Below, piece by piece: positions 10,051 through 19,884 of a DNA stretch of 64,000 nucleotides. The notes beneath the pieces were generated by a model that saw only the letters and a list, made by a program, of their open reading frames with translations, had not been told where the DNA came from and did no database searches. Origin of the DNA: Promethearchaeota archaeon (GTDB lineage: Archaea; Asgardarchaeota; Lokiarchaeia; Sigyniarchaeales; SOKP01); contig JAEOSU010000051.1 of NCBI GenBank assembly GCA_016840165.1, forward strand, positions 96,001 to 160,000. The letters run 5' to 3'. The translations under genes were made by a program, and so were the position numbers. Positions within the stretch are counted from its first letter, which is position 1, and the number at the start of each line of letters is the position of its first letter.

Positions 10051-10234
10051 TAAATCTAACCTTTTAGAAAGATAAATTAATAGAAATTATTTCAATAAAT
10101 CTTTTTCTTAATTAATACATTATTTTTCTAAGAAGTAGAAAATATTAATAAACTAAAAGATCATAAATCTATAATTAAATAGCAATAATTCAAATTAAAA
10201 AAAAGAATATAGTTAATTTTTAGGTGAAAATAAG

Positions 10235-13201
10235 TTGAAAACATTAACTGTTGATGAAAAGATTGAGGACTTTAAAAGTCAACTAAATTTGCTGGCTATG
10301 ATATTTGATACCCGCAGAAAAATGCGTAGAGAGATCCAAAATGAGAAAACGGGTTTTACTTTTAATGCAAAATATCAATTTAAAACGAAAGATGATAAAG
10401 TTAATCTTTATGTTATTTTTAAAGATGGTAAAATGACAGTTTATGATGGTAAAATTGATGATCCAAACATTACCATCTATTACAAAGATAAAGAAACCTT
10501 GGCAAACCTTTATGATAAGAGTGCTGATGAATCTCTTGATTATCTCTTAACAAATGAAATGGGTTATGATGGTAATATGTCCTATCTTACCAAGTTCTCT
10601 TATCTTACTTCACTTGTCATGGGTGCCAAAATTAAAGATTATAAAGGACCAGAAAATCGATTAATGTACCCCATTGAAGACATTGATAAAGGAGAGAAGA
10701 GTAGGAAGATTAAAAATGAAAGTCTGAATTATAAAGTCGATAATGTTAAGGCATTGGATGATCCTTATTTAGCAAAATACACTTTAGATGACTTTCCTCG
10801 CTTAAAATATTTAAAAAATAGACGATTTGCCTTAAAACCAGCAATTTGCGTCGAAAGGGCAAAGTTAGTAACTGAATATCATCAGGAGAATGGATTTGAA
10901 ACAGATAAATCTGGAAAACCTTTTGATCCAGAACTAAGACAGGCGGGAGCAGTAAATTATATTATGACTCATAAAGAACCAATTATTCATGATCATCATT
11001 TAATTGCAGGATCTACAACTTCAAAAGAAGTGGGTATCCCTATGTATCCCGAATTAATTGCAACTGCAATCTGGCCTGAACTAAAAACAATCTGTGATCG
11101 CGAACTTAATCCTAACGATATTTCTGATAAAGATGCAGATATTTTAAGCTTAGAAGTGTTCCCCTATTGGATGGAGCGAAATGTCAGAGAGCATTGTAGA
11201 AATAAATTCAACAATCCTAAATCACAAAAGTTGGAGGAAGGATGGGTTTTCTATTTTATGATGAAGACCAACGCAATAAGCCATACGGTTCCCGGTTTTC
11301 CAATGGTTCTCAACGAGGGATTATTGAGTGTTAAACAAAAAGCCGCTAATTTGGAGCAGAAAGCTACATCCTCTGAAGAGAAGAATTTTTATAATGCTAT
11401 ACAGATAACCATTGATGGAGTTATTACGTATTCAAATCATTTAAGTGACCATGCTTTAAAGCTTGCTGAAACATTAGACCCTAATGATCCAAAACAAGAG
11501 GTACGCATAGAAGAATTAAAACAAATCTCTAAGATCTGTAAAAAGGTACCAGCCCATCCTGCTGAGACGTTACATGAAGCTATTCAATCAATATGGACAA
11601 GCTTTGTTTGCTTACATTGTGAAAATGCGAATTCTGCACTGTCCATAGGGCGATTAGATCAAATGTTACAGCCATTTTTCCTTAAAGAGATACAAAAAGC
11701 TTCAAATGACAGGGAAAGAGAAGATGTAGTGAAAAAGGCAATCGAACTTGTAGGATCACTATTTGTTAGAATAAATGATCATGATCCATTAATGCCAAAC
11801 GTAGGATGGAAGCTATTTGGCGGTAGTTCTTCGGATGATACTGTAACCGTCGGTGGAGTCGATAAAAACGGTGATAATGCGGTAAATGATATGACTTACA
11901 TTATTTTAAAAACAAATGAGATGTTAGGATTCCAAGATCCCAATATGAATGCCCGATACCATTCAGGGATTAATTCAAAAGAATATCTGCGTCGCTTATG
12001 CGAAGTAAACGTTAATATGGGTGCCTCACCTAGCATCCATAACGATAAAACAATGATCGAAGCATTAATCCATGAGGGATTTTCACTTGAGGATGCTCGA
12101 GGTTGGGCTGCTACAGGTTGTGTAGAGCCTACGATTGTAGGCAAACATTACGGTCACACAAATTGTATGTTATTAAATTTAGTTGCCCCACTCGAAATGG
12201 CATTAAACAATGGTGCTATTCCCTTAACAGGGGATTTAATAGGTCCAGCGACAGGAGACACAAGATCTGCGTTTTCTACCTTTCAAGATTTCTACGATGC
12301 TTACAAAACTCAACTAAAATATTTAGCTGAACAATCCATAGAGATTAATAACTACCTTGGAGAATCACATAAATATGTACATCCTACTCCTTTATTATCA
12401 GCATTTTATGAGGGACCTTTAGAAAAGGGAAAAGATCTAATTCACGGCGGCGCCATTTATAACACTTCTGGGGTTGCTCTTGTAGCCTTAACAGATGTTG
12501 TTGATAGCTTGTTAGTGATCAAGGATCTAGTCTATGAAAAGAAAGAATTTGATTTTGCAACCTTAATGGATGCTATCGAACATAATTTTGAAAATGAATA
12601 TGAATCTATTTTGAAAAAAATAGAAAATGTACCAAAATTCGGCAGCGGTGAGGATGGTACCATTGAACTCGCTCAAGATTTGATTGATTACTGCTATGAA
12701 ATATATAATTCTGCTAAAAATTATAGAGGTGGGAAATATTTAGTGGGTTATTGGTCTATTAGCTATCATACTGGTTTTGGAATGCTTACTGGGGCATTGC
12801 CTTCTGGAAGGAAAAAAGGAAAAGCCTTAACTCCTGGCTTAACACCTGCCCCAGGAACTACTGATATCTTACTTCCGAGTATTCGAAGTGTTGGTAGTTT
12901 AAATCATTTAAAGATGGCCAACAATGCTTCTTATAATGTAAAATTAGTCCCCCATCCTGGTGATTCACATAAAGAAACTCTTGACCTATTTAATAGTTAT
13001 GTTCAAAGCTTTTTCGATCTAGGAGGCATGCAGTGGCAATTTAATGTAATTAAAACAGAAACTCTTAGAAATGCAATGGAGCATCCGATGGATTATCGTT
13101 GGTTACTAGTAAGAGTGTCGGGCTATAATGCTTACTTTACGAAACTCAATAAAAATATGCAATTAGAAATAATTGAACGACATGAGTATCAATCAAAATA
13201 A
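10235..13201 (+). CDS. glycyl radical enzyme (PFL2/dehydratase class) with N-terminal SCP2-like domain
   Basis: SIGRLDQ, single-Cys loop GCVEP, Gly loop LLVRVSGY; N-terminal ~130 aa has an SCP2 pattern; TTG start preceded by AGGTGA. Confidence 0.88.
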   Translation: MKTLTVDEKIEDFKSQLNLLAMIFDTRRKMRREIQNEKTGFTFNAKYQFKTKDDKVNLYVIFKDGKMTVYDGKIDDPNITIYYKDKETLANLYDKSADESLDYLLTNEMGYDGNMSYLTKFSYLTSLVMGAKIKDYKGPENRLMYPIEDIDKGEKSRKIKNESLNYKVDNVKALDDPYLAKYTLDDFPRLKYLKNRRFALKPAICVERAKLVTEYHQENGFETDKSGKPFDPELRQAGAVNYIMTHKEPIIHDHHLIAGSTTSKEVGIPMYPELIATAIWPELKTICDRELNPNDISDKDADILSLEVFPYWMERNVREHCRNKFNNPKSQKLEEGWVFYFMMKTNAISHTVPGFPMVLNEGLLSVKQKAANLEQKATSSEEKNFYNAIQITIDGVITYSNHLSDHALKLAETLDPNDPKQEVRIEELKQISKICKKVPAHPAETLHEAIQSIWTSFVCLHCENANSALSIGRLDQMLQPFFLKEIQKASNDREREDVVKKAIELVGSLFVRINDHDPLMPNVGWKLFGGSSSDDTVTVGGVDKNGDNAVNDMTYIILKTNEMLGFQDPNMNARYHSGINSKEYLRRLCEVNVNMGASPSIHNDKTMIEALIHEGFSLEDARGWAATGCVEPTIVGKHYGHTNCMLLNLVAPLEMALNNGAIPLTGDLIGPATGDTRSAFSTFQDFYDAYKTQLKYLAEQSIEINNYLGESHKYVHPTPLLSAFYEGPLEKGKDLIHGGAIYNTSGVALVALTDVVDSLLVIKDLVYEKKEFDFATLMDAIEHNFENEYESILKKIENVPKFGSGEDGTIELAQDLIDYCYEIYNSAKNYRGGKYLVGYWSISYHTGFGMLTGALPSGRKKGKALTPGLTPAPGTTDILLPSIRSVGSLNHLKMANNASYNVKLVPHPGDSHKETLDLFNSYVQSFFDLGGMQWQFNVIKTETLRNAMEHPMDYRWLLVRVSGYNAYFTKLNKNMQLEIIERHEYQSK

Positions 13202-13241
13202 ATAATTTTTATTTTTTAATTTTTAAAATTTTAGAATGTAA

Positions 13242-14138
13242 ATGAAAATTAAACCTTTAGTAGTAGATATTAAGAGAAATGCCTTAGATGATGGTCCGGG
13301 GATAAGAACATTAATCTTTTTCAAAGGCTGTCCATTATCTTGTGCTTGGTGTCAAAATCCAGAAGCTAAATCTCCAACAAAAGAGCTATATTTTGATCGC
13401 GATAAATGTATTGAATGCGAGATGTGCTTAACGAGATGTGAACAGAATGCTATAGATTTTGAATATGAATATCGTATTCATCGAAATCTGTGCAATTTAT
13501 GCGGTGCTTGTATTAATATCTGCCCAAACGATGCTTTAAAATTTGTAGGTAAAGAATACAGCATTGATGAATTAGTAAAGATTATATTAAAGGATAAAGT
13601 CTTTTTTGATAATTCTAATGGAGGGGTAACCCTTTCGGGAGGAGAACCGCTTTACCATATTGATTATGTCCATGATTTATTAATTAAATTAAAAAAAAAT
13701 AAGATTCATACCTGTATAGAGACATGTGGACTCTATAATCAGTCAGAATTTAATGAACTTATTTTACCATACATAGATTTAATCTATTTTGATTTGAAGA
13801 TTTTTAATCCAGAATTACATGCTCAATATTGTCAAGTCTCAAATCAAAAAATTCTTGAAAATTTCGAAGATTTAATTAAGAAACATAAAGAACTACTGCC
13901 ACGGATTCCGCTAATTCCTAATATAACCGATACCCCTCAAAATTTAACGGATTTAGCAAAATATTTAAAATCATTAAATATCAAAACTATTGGACTACTC
14001 CCTTATAATCCATTATGGATCTCAAAATCCGAGAAAATTGGAATAAGGCCAATGTATAATTATTCTCGGTGGTTAAACAAAGATGAGAAAGAAAAAATTA
14101 AACTCATTTTTTCTGAATTTGAATTTAAAGATTTTTAA
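13242..14138 (+). CDS. glycyl-radical activating enzyme (radical SAM with ferredoxin insert)
   Basis: DGPGIRT, GCPLSCAWCQNPE, two CxxCxxCxxxC motifs, GGVTLSGGEP. Confidence 0.93.
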   Translation: MKIKPLVVDIKRNALDDGPGIRTLIFFKGCPLSCAWCQNPEAKSPTKELYFDRDKCIECEMCLTRCEQNAIDFEYEYRIHRNLCNLCGACINICPNDALKFVGKEYSIDELVKIILKDKVFFDNSNGGVTLSGGEPLYHIDYVHDLLIKLKKNKIHTCIETCGLYNQSEFNELILPYIDLIYFDLKIFNPELHAQYCQVSNQKILENFEDLIKKHKELLPRIPLIPNITDTPQNLTDLAKYLKSLNIKTIGLLPYNPLWISKSEKIGIRPMYNYSRWLNKDEKEKIKLIFSEFEFKDF

Positions 14139-14262
14139 ATCTTTAGGAGATTTTTTTGAAGTTTATACCCTCTTAAAATAAGATATCCTCTCTTTTTTTT
14201 AATATTTATATAGTTTTAAAGTCTAAAAAATATTAATGACAAAATATTAGGAGATAAATTAT

Positions 14263-16050
14263 ATGGGAAAAATCTTAAGAATTGATTTAGGATCTAAGAA
14301 CTTTACCACAGAAGATGTAGATCCTGAATTAGAAGAAAAATATATTGGTGGAGCGGGAGTTGCAGCTGCAATCTTCATCAAGGAAGTTCCTCCAAATATA
14401 GATCCATATGATCCTCAAAACCTCCTTATCTTTTCTGTTGGTCCAATTTGTGGAACTGCAATCCCCTACTGTGGTAGACATTTTGTTATGGCAAAATCTC
14501 CCTTAACTAGAATTCTAGGTGAATCTTCTGCTGGTGGATTTTTTGGAAATGAATTAAGAAGAACGGGGTATGATCATATTATCATTAGCGGAGTGAGTGA
14601 GAGCCCTGTCTACTTATGGATTTATGACGATAATGTTGAAATTCGAGACGCTACAAAGCTATGGGGTAAAGGAACTAGAGAGACAGAGGATCTTCTATGC
14701 GCAGAAATTGATGATGATAAAGCAAAGATTGCATCAATTGGTCCTGCTGGAGAAAATCTTGTGAAATTTTCCTCAATTATGAATGAGAAAGGTCATGCTG
14801 CAGGACGTTGCGGGATGGGTGCTGTAATGGGCAGTAAAAATTTAAAAGCAATAGTTGTGCGTGGTACTAAAGATGTACCCATCGATAATAGAGATAAATT
14901 AATGGATTCAGCCCGAAAAATAAGAACAATTGGAAAAATTTTCCCCCTTGCTGTAGCAACGCAAGAATTAGGTACCCCTGGACATATGGATAATTATGTA
15001 AGTGCAGGAGATGTACCGATCAAGAATTTTACTCTAAGTAGATGGAAAGGAACAAAAAATATTGGATATTATGCACTAAAAGACAACTATGAAATAAAAC
15101 ATTATTCATGTTTTAATTGTGGGACTGCTTGTAGAGGAAATATAAATTTCAATAATGATTGGGTTGAGTGGCCAGAATATGAATTCTTAGCAATGTTGGG
15201 TTCTAACTTACTTGTGGATGATTTAGATGCCTTAGTAAGATGGAATATTATGGTTAATGATTATGGAATGGATTGCATTTCTCTTGGTGGTATTCTCGCT
15301 GTTTTTCTTGAAGCAATAGAGAGAAAGTTAATTGACATAAATTATGAGGAACTTGGTTTCGAAAAGGATCCTGAATCGGATGAATATATCATATGGAGTG
15401 CTATTTCAGCAATTGAGAATTTAATCACATTAACTGCATTTCGAAAGGAGATTGGCGATGATTTAGCTGATGGAGTACGACTCTTTTGTCAAAAATACAG
15501 TTTACCAGATGATCTTAATATTCAGGGAAAAGGTCTTGAGGTTCCTGCTCATGAACCTCGCTCAAATAATATGACTGCTTTAGATCTCGCTACATCTTCT
15601 CGTGGGGCATATCATGGTTTTGAACCTCTTCATTTATCATTTGCCGCCAATTTAAAAAAGGAAATAGGCCTTACAGAGCGAATTGATCCTTATAATACTA
15701 TTGAATCTGTAAGCGCAGTAAAGAAAATCCAAGATGCGTCTGAGGCTTATACTGCAACTGGTGGTTGCATTTTTGGGTTTTGGTATTCATCAGAGATTAC
15801 ACCATGGGTGGATGCTGTAAATGCAATTACTGGAAGATCCTACACAGTTGAAGATTGGGTCCAGATTGGAGAAAACTTATTTAATATGAAACGGAATTAT
15901 AATGAAAAATGCGGAATTACGAAAAAAGATGATTCACTTGGTTCAAGATTCTCTATACCTATTCCAAAAGGAGGAACTAAGAAAAACGTCCCTCCACTTA
16001 AAGAAATGCTTCAGAATTATTATTCTCTTAGAGGATGGAATATGGATTGA
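14263..16050 (+). CDS. aor: tungsten-dependent aldehyde:ferredoxin oxidoreductase (AOR family)
   Basis: KSPLT, IGPAGENLV, GRCGMGAVMGSKNLKA, CFNCGTAC, PEYE, DYGMDCIS. Confidence 0.88.
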   Translation: MGKILRIDLGSKNFTTEDVDPELEEKYIGGAGVAAAIFIKEVPPNIDPYDPQNLLIFSVGPICGTAIPYCGRHFVMAKSPLTRILGESSAGGFFGNELRRTGYDHIIISGVSESPVYLWIYDDNVEIRDATKLWGKGTRETEDLLCAEIDDDKAKIASIGPAGENLVKFSSIMNEKGHAAGRCGMGAVMGSKNLKAIVVRGTKDVPIDNRDKLMDSARKIRTIGKIFPLAVATQELGTPGHMDNYVSAGDVPIKNFTLSRWKGTKNIGYYALKDNYEIKHYSCFNCGTACRGNINFNNDWVEWPEYEFLAMLGSNLLVDDLDALVRWNIMVNDYGMDCISLGGILAVFLEAIERKLIDINYEELGFEKDPESDEYIIWSAISAIENLITLTAFRKEIGDDLADGVRLFCQKYSLPDDLNIQGKGLEVPAHEPRSNNMTALDLATSSRGAYHGFEPLHLSFAANLKKEIGLTERIDPYNTIESVSAVKKIQDASEAYTATGGCIFGFWYSSEITPWVDAVNAITGRSYTVEDWVQIGENLFNMKRNYNEKCGITKKDDSLGSRFSIPIPKGGTKKNVPPLKEMLQNYYSLRGWNMD

Positions 16051-16083
16051 TAAAAGTAAAATAAATTACTTTTTTTTATTTAA

Positions 16084-17313
16084 TTAGCTTCTTGGTATTT
16101 CCATCTCAAGATTGCTTAATGGATATGAGGAACAAGGGTGAAAGTATTTCAATATTTTATCGGCTGTTCTCCTCCCATCATTTTTTGGATTTACAAATAT
16201 CTCACCAGAAATTAATTCCGAACGGCAAAAACCACATTGGCCGGATCGACATACCGAGGGAGGAGCCAATTTGGCTCGTTCCATTGCTACTAATACACTT
16301 TCATGTGCGTTAGCGGGGATATCTTTTGATAAATTTCCTATCCTTACTTTGATTTTAAATGATTTTTCTGCCATTTTCTTTGGATAATTAGGTAAAGAAA
16401 CTATATCCTTCACTTCTCCATACACTTCTTTTCGAATACGATTCGTTGGTAAGTTAAATTTACTCAATTCCTTATCAATAAAATCATACATTACTTGAGG
16501 GCCACAAATAAAGACGGAACTATTACTAAAGTCACAATATTTTTCAATTATACCTGCGGTAATAAATCCCTGTTCACAACCGTCTAAGCTAACCTCCTCA
16601 CAACTTAAAACATGGACAATTTTAATTTTCTCAGGATCTCTACTTTCATATTCCTTAAATTCATCATAAAATAGAATATCATCCTCTTCACTACTACCAT
16701 AAAGTAGAGTTAAACTGATATTTAATTTACCCTCCATAATCTCTTTTGCCATTGATCTAAATGGGGTTATCCCCGAACCGCCCGCTATTCCGATGACTTC
16801 TTTTAAGTCTCGAATGGGATCATAATAAAAATAACCATTAGGTCCAGAACTCTTTATTTTAGTATTTTTCTCCCAATTCTCCCATACATATTCTGTAAGG
16901 AATCCGTGGTCTTCTTTTCGAATCGTAATCTCATAAAAACCTCTTAACGCATCTGAAGGAGATGAAGATATAGAGTATGGACGTGTGATTGGAGTTCCAT
17001 CTACATCAACTTTTAAACTGAGGAACTGCCCCGCTCTGAAATAAGCAACTTTATCCGTACTTGAATCTGGATCGGGAATAAGCCTGTAGGTTTTAGCAGA
17101 TTTAGTTTCTTCTTTTATTTCACTAATCATTAAATTTTGAATTGAAGGATGTAGAAGTTGAGCTAGATTATTTACAGGATCAGATTTTATAAACTCCTCA
17201 GATGCTTTGTCAATATTTTTTCTACGTTGTGAAGTCAAATTTTTAAATGCTAATAAATCTCGAATATTTCCCTTTACTGATACCTTCAATTTCTGCTTTT
17301 GATCTTCTTTCAC
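16084..17313 (-). CDS. FAD/NAD(P)-binding reductase with C-terminal 2Fe-2S domain, copy 2
   Basis: RPYS, GGSGITPF, ICGP, CRSGQCGFC; collinear paralog of 7250-8482; GTGA overlap with upstream gene. Confidence 0.9.
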   Translation of the reverse strand: MKEDQKQKLKVSVKGNIRDLLAFKNLTSQRRKNIDKASEEFIKSDPVNNLAQLLHPSIQNLMISEIKEETKSAKTYRLIPDPDSSTDKVAYFRAGQFLSLKVDVDGTPITRPYSISSSPSDALRGFYEITIRKEDHGFLTEYVWENWEKNTKIKSSGPNGYFYYDPIRDLKEVIGIAGGSGITPFRSMAKEIMEGKLNISLTLLYGSSEEDDILFYDEFKEYESRDPEKIKIVHVLSCEEVSLDGCEQGFITAGIIEKYCDFSNSSVFICGPQVMYDFIDKELSKFNLPTNRIRKEVYGEVKDIVSLPNYPKKMAEKSFKIKVRIGNLSKDIPANAHESVLVAMERAKLAPPSVCRSGQCGFCRSELISGEIFVNPKNDGRRTADKILKYFHPCSSYPLSNLEMEIPRS

Positions 17314-18890
17314 TCAGAATCACCTGTTTCATTTAATTCTTGTAAAGTTAAAAAGGCGGCTATTTGACCAGAGAGTAAAGCATTTGTATAACTCTGGCAA
17401 TTTGCAGAAAAGCCTCCACAAAATTCTAGACCTTTAATATATTTTTCATTGTTCATTTCCATTAATCTGGGCATAAAAGAATCCCAAGGGTCTGTTTCAT
17501 ATCCGTATGCCGAACCTCCGAATGTTCCCGTATATCTTGCTAATGTTTGGGGCGTAGCAATTTCAATCTCTTCAATGTGTTCTCTTATAGAGGTTTTCGT
17601 TGCAAATTCAAAGGTATTTATTAAATGTCGAGCGATTTTATTTTTCAAATTAAAATAATCTTCAGAGCTTACATCCTTCCATGCTTCGGGAAGAAAAAAA
17701 GCTGTAATTGTAAGAATACATGTACCTGGTGGAGAGCAATCAGGGTTTACTTTATTTAAGCATATTGTTGCCTGAGCTTTAGGAGGATTTAATGTTTTAA
17801 AGGATTCATAAATTTCTTCAGTATTAGTTGTATCATAAATATGGTAACTATAATTTTCAATTCCTAATTCTTCAGCACTCGCATTCAAACCCAAATATAC
17901 AACAAAACAACTGATTGCATGTCGTCGGGCATTCATGGTTTTTAAAGCTTGTTTCGGTACCTCATTTTTAGGAAATATTAAATTATTATAAACTAATGTA
18001 GGGGATGCATTTGAAATCACGTGGTTTGTCTTAATTTTATCTCCTTGATTAGTTTCTACGCCTATAACTTGCCTATCTTTAACAATTACTTTATTTACTT
18101 TCGTGTTATAAAGGATTTTACCCCCTTTTTCTCTAATCAAGGATTCTAGGGCCGCAGTATATCCGTGGGAGCGATATTTTGGGACATATGCTTTTCGGAT
18201 TAAAAAATAATAATGCATAGCAGCATAAAAAGTAAAGTTAGCCCTGCTCGTTGGAATGCCAATATAGCACCAATAGGCATCTAAAATGTTTTGAGCCTTT
18301 TTAGGAATCTTTAATGCGTCATTTACCTCATCTAAAGTATATGGTGCCGTTTTTAAAAAGTTCTTATAATTTGCAATAAGTATATCTTTTTCTGGATTTC
18401 CTTCCGATTCAGTAATATAGCTAATTGCATTGGTAATTTCTTCTGAAAGTAATATATAATTTCGAATAGATTCCTCACTTCCAGGAACTTCTCTTTCCAT
18501 CATAGTTATATATTCTTCTCTTCCAAATGGAACAAGAACGTCTAATTTTTCATTTGGGTCATTAATAATTAATCGAAATGCTTCAGGAATCTCTACGAAC
18601 TCGATATTTAATCCCAAATCTTCCTCAAAAAGCTTCCTTATGGCTCCTTTATTTGATTTAGGGCCATAATCGCACAACTCATGCAATGTGCCCTCAAACT
18701 CAAATCGTCCTCGAACAAAACTAGTTGCAAATCCTCCAAGTAAATTATGTTGTTCGCAGAGCACAACTTTAGCACCTTCGATTGCCAATTGGGCTGCAGC
18801 AATCAATCCTCCATTTCCTCCCCCTATTACAACCGCATCAAAATCCTCCTTTAAAATCTGATCACTGATTTCTTCCACCATATAAGACAC
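17310..18890 (-). CDS. CrtI/RetSat-family FAD oxidoreductase, copy 2
   Basis: IGGGNGGL, EQHNLLGG, RGRFEFE, ATPQT; collinear paralog of 8479-10050. Confidence 0.85.
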   Translation of the reverse strand: MSYMVEEISDQILKEDFDAVVIGGGNGGLIAAAQLAIEGAKVVLCEQHNLLGGFATSFVRGRFEFEGTLHELCDYGPKSNKGAIRKLFEEDLGLNIEFVEIPEAFRLIINDPNEKLDVLVPFGREEYITMMEREVPGSEESIRNYILLSEEITNAISYITESEGNPEKDILIANYKNFLKTAPYTLDEVNDALKIPKKAQNILDAYWCYIGIPTSRANFTFYAAMHYYFLIRKAYVPKYRSHGYTAALESLIREKGGKILYNTKVNKVIVKDRQVIGVETNQGDKIKTNHVISNASPTLVYNNLIFPKNEVPKQALKTMNARRHAISCFVVYLGLNASAEELGIENYSYHIYDTTNTEEIYESFKTLNPPKAQATICLNKVNPDCSPPGTCILTITAFFLPEAWKDVSSEDYFNLKNKIARHLINTFEFATKTSIREHIEEIEIATPQTLARYTGTFGGSAYGYETDPWDSFMPRLMEMNNEKYIKGLEFCGGFSANCQSYTNALLSGQIAAFLTLQELNETGDSE

Positions 18891-18976
18891 CCCAAACTAT
18901 CCAATAATTTAAAATATTATTACAATAAATTTTTGAGATAATTAATATCTTTTTTTCTTCTTTTTATGAAAAGATT

Positions 18977-19867
18977 TCACTTTTTCGCAGGTGATGCATA
19001 ACAATATGCACAATTATGTTTACAACGAAATATTCCTGTATATCCTCCAATATCCTTTGATTTATAACAACCACAATACTTTCTCTGACCGGTATCTCTA
19101 ACCTTTTCTATTGGTTCGCCAATTATGGTTTCAATCTTATTAGCATCAATACAATGAGCCTGTGAAATGCCTTTCATTGATAAAAGTTCTGGTTGACAAC
19201 ATGCTTTCATTTTTATTCCTCTCATACAACAAATTTCTATTAATTCGGTTAAGATTTTTTGTTTTTCTTCTGTGTTCAATTCGATTGGGATAAATCCCCT
19301 ATAATTCATTCTAGATTGTACCTTATTGTAAATCGTTGCGAAAGAGAAAATTAATTCATTTATCCCGTACTTAGAAAGGTGTTCTAAAATATACTCAAAT
19401 TTATCTAAATTATTTTTAAGCTCATCATTTCCTTTTTTTTTATAAAAAATAATTGGATCGAATCTAAAACTAAGTGCTGAGATACCAAAGGTATCAATTA
19501 GCCATTTGGATTGTTTGAAACGCTCTTCTAGAGATACTGAAATGCCTTTCTCTAATTCTGAAGGAGAATTAATGGTAAATTGGAATAAATGGCCCTTATA
19601 GGCATTAAATAGAGATTTGTTCGCTTGATAGACTTTAATCCACTCATGAAAGTTTTTACTCCACCATACCCATGCTTTTACATGTTTAGGTGATAATGTG
19701 ACTCGTGATATTTGTTTTCTATTAAATGGGTTAACAACGTCAACATAACCCGCCTTAATTTTACTGATTACCCAATCCATTAAAAAGGCAGGTATATCAG
19801 TTCTTCTAGAACATGAAATTATTTCTGATTTAATTAATTTAAGTTTATATTCTGAAATGTTTACCAT
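18977..19867 (-). CDS. DUF1848-family protein
   Basis: IISCSRRTDIPAF, V.NPFN, RFDPI, C-terminal CGC..SKDIG...CKHNCAYCYA. Confidence 0.85.
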   Translation of the reverse strand: MVNISEYKLKLIKSEIISCSRRTDIPAFLMDWVISKIKAGYVDVVNPFNRKQISRVTLSPKHVKAWVWWSKNFHEWIKVYQANKSLFNAYKGHLFQFTINSPSELEKGISVSLEERFKQSKWLIDTFGISALSFRFDPIIFYKKKGNDELKNNLDKFEYILEHLSKYGINELIFSFATIYNKVQSRMNYRGFIPIELNTEEKQKILTELIEICCMRGIKMKACCQPELLSMKGISQAHCIDANKIETIIGEPIEKVRDTGQRKYCGCYKSKDIGGYTGIFRCKHNCAYCYASPAKK

Positions 19868-19884
19868 ACCAACTCTATTAATTT

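Noticed and set aside
10235-13201. Pyruvate formate-lyase (pflB) call
   Set aside because: Single-Cys GCVEP loop and ferredoxin-containing activase indicate a non-PFL GRE
7250-18890. Composite transposon or recent duplication flanking the GRE genes
   Set aside because: The flanking cassettes are diverged metabolic paralogs; no transposase, terminal inverted repeats or target duplications seen
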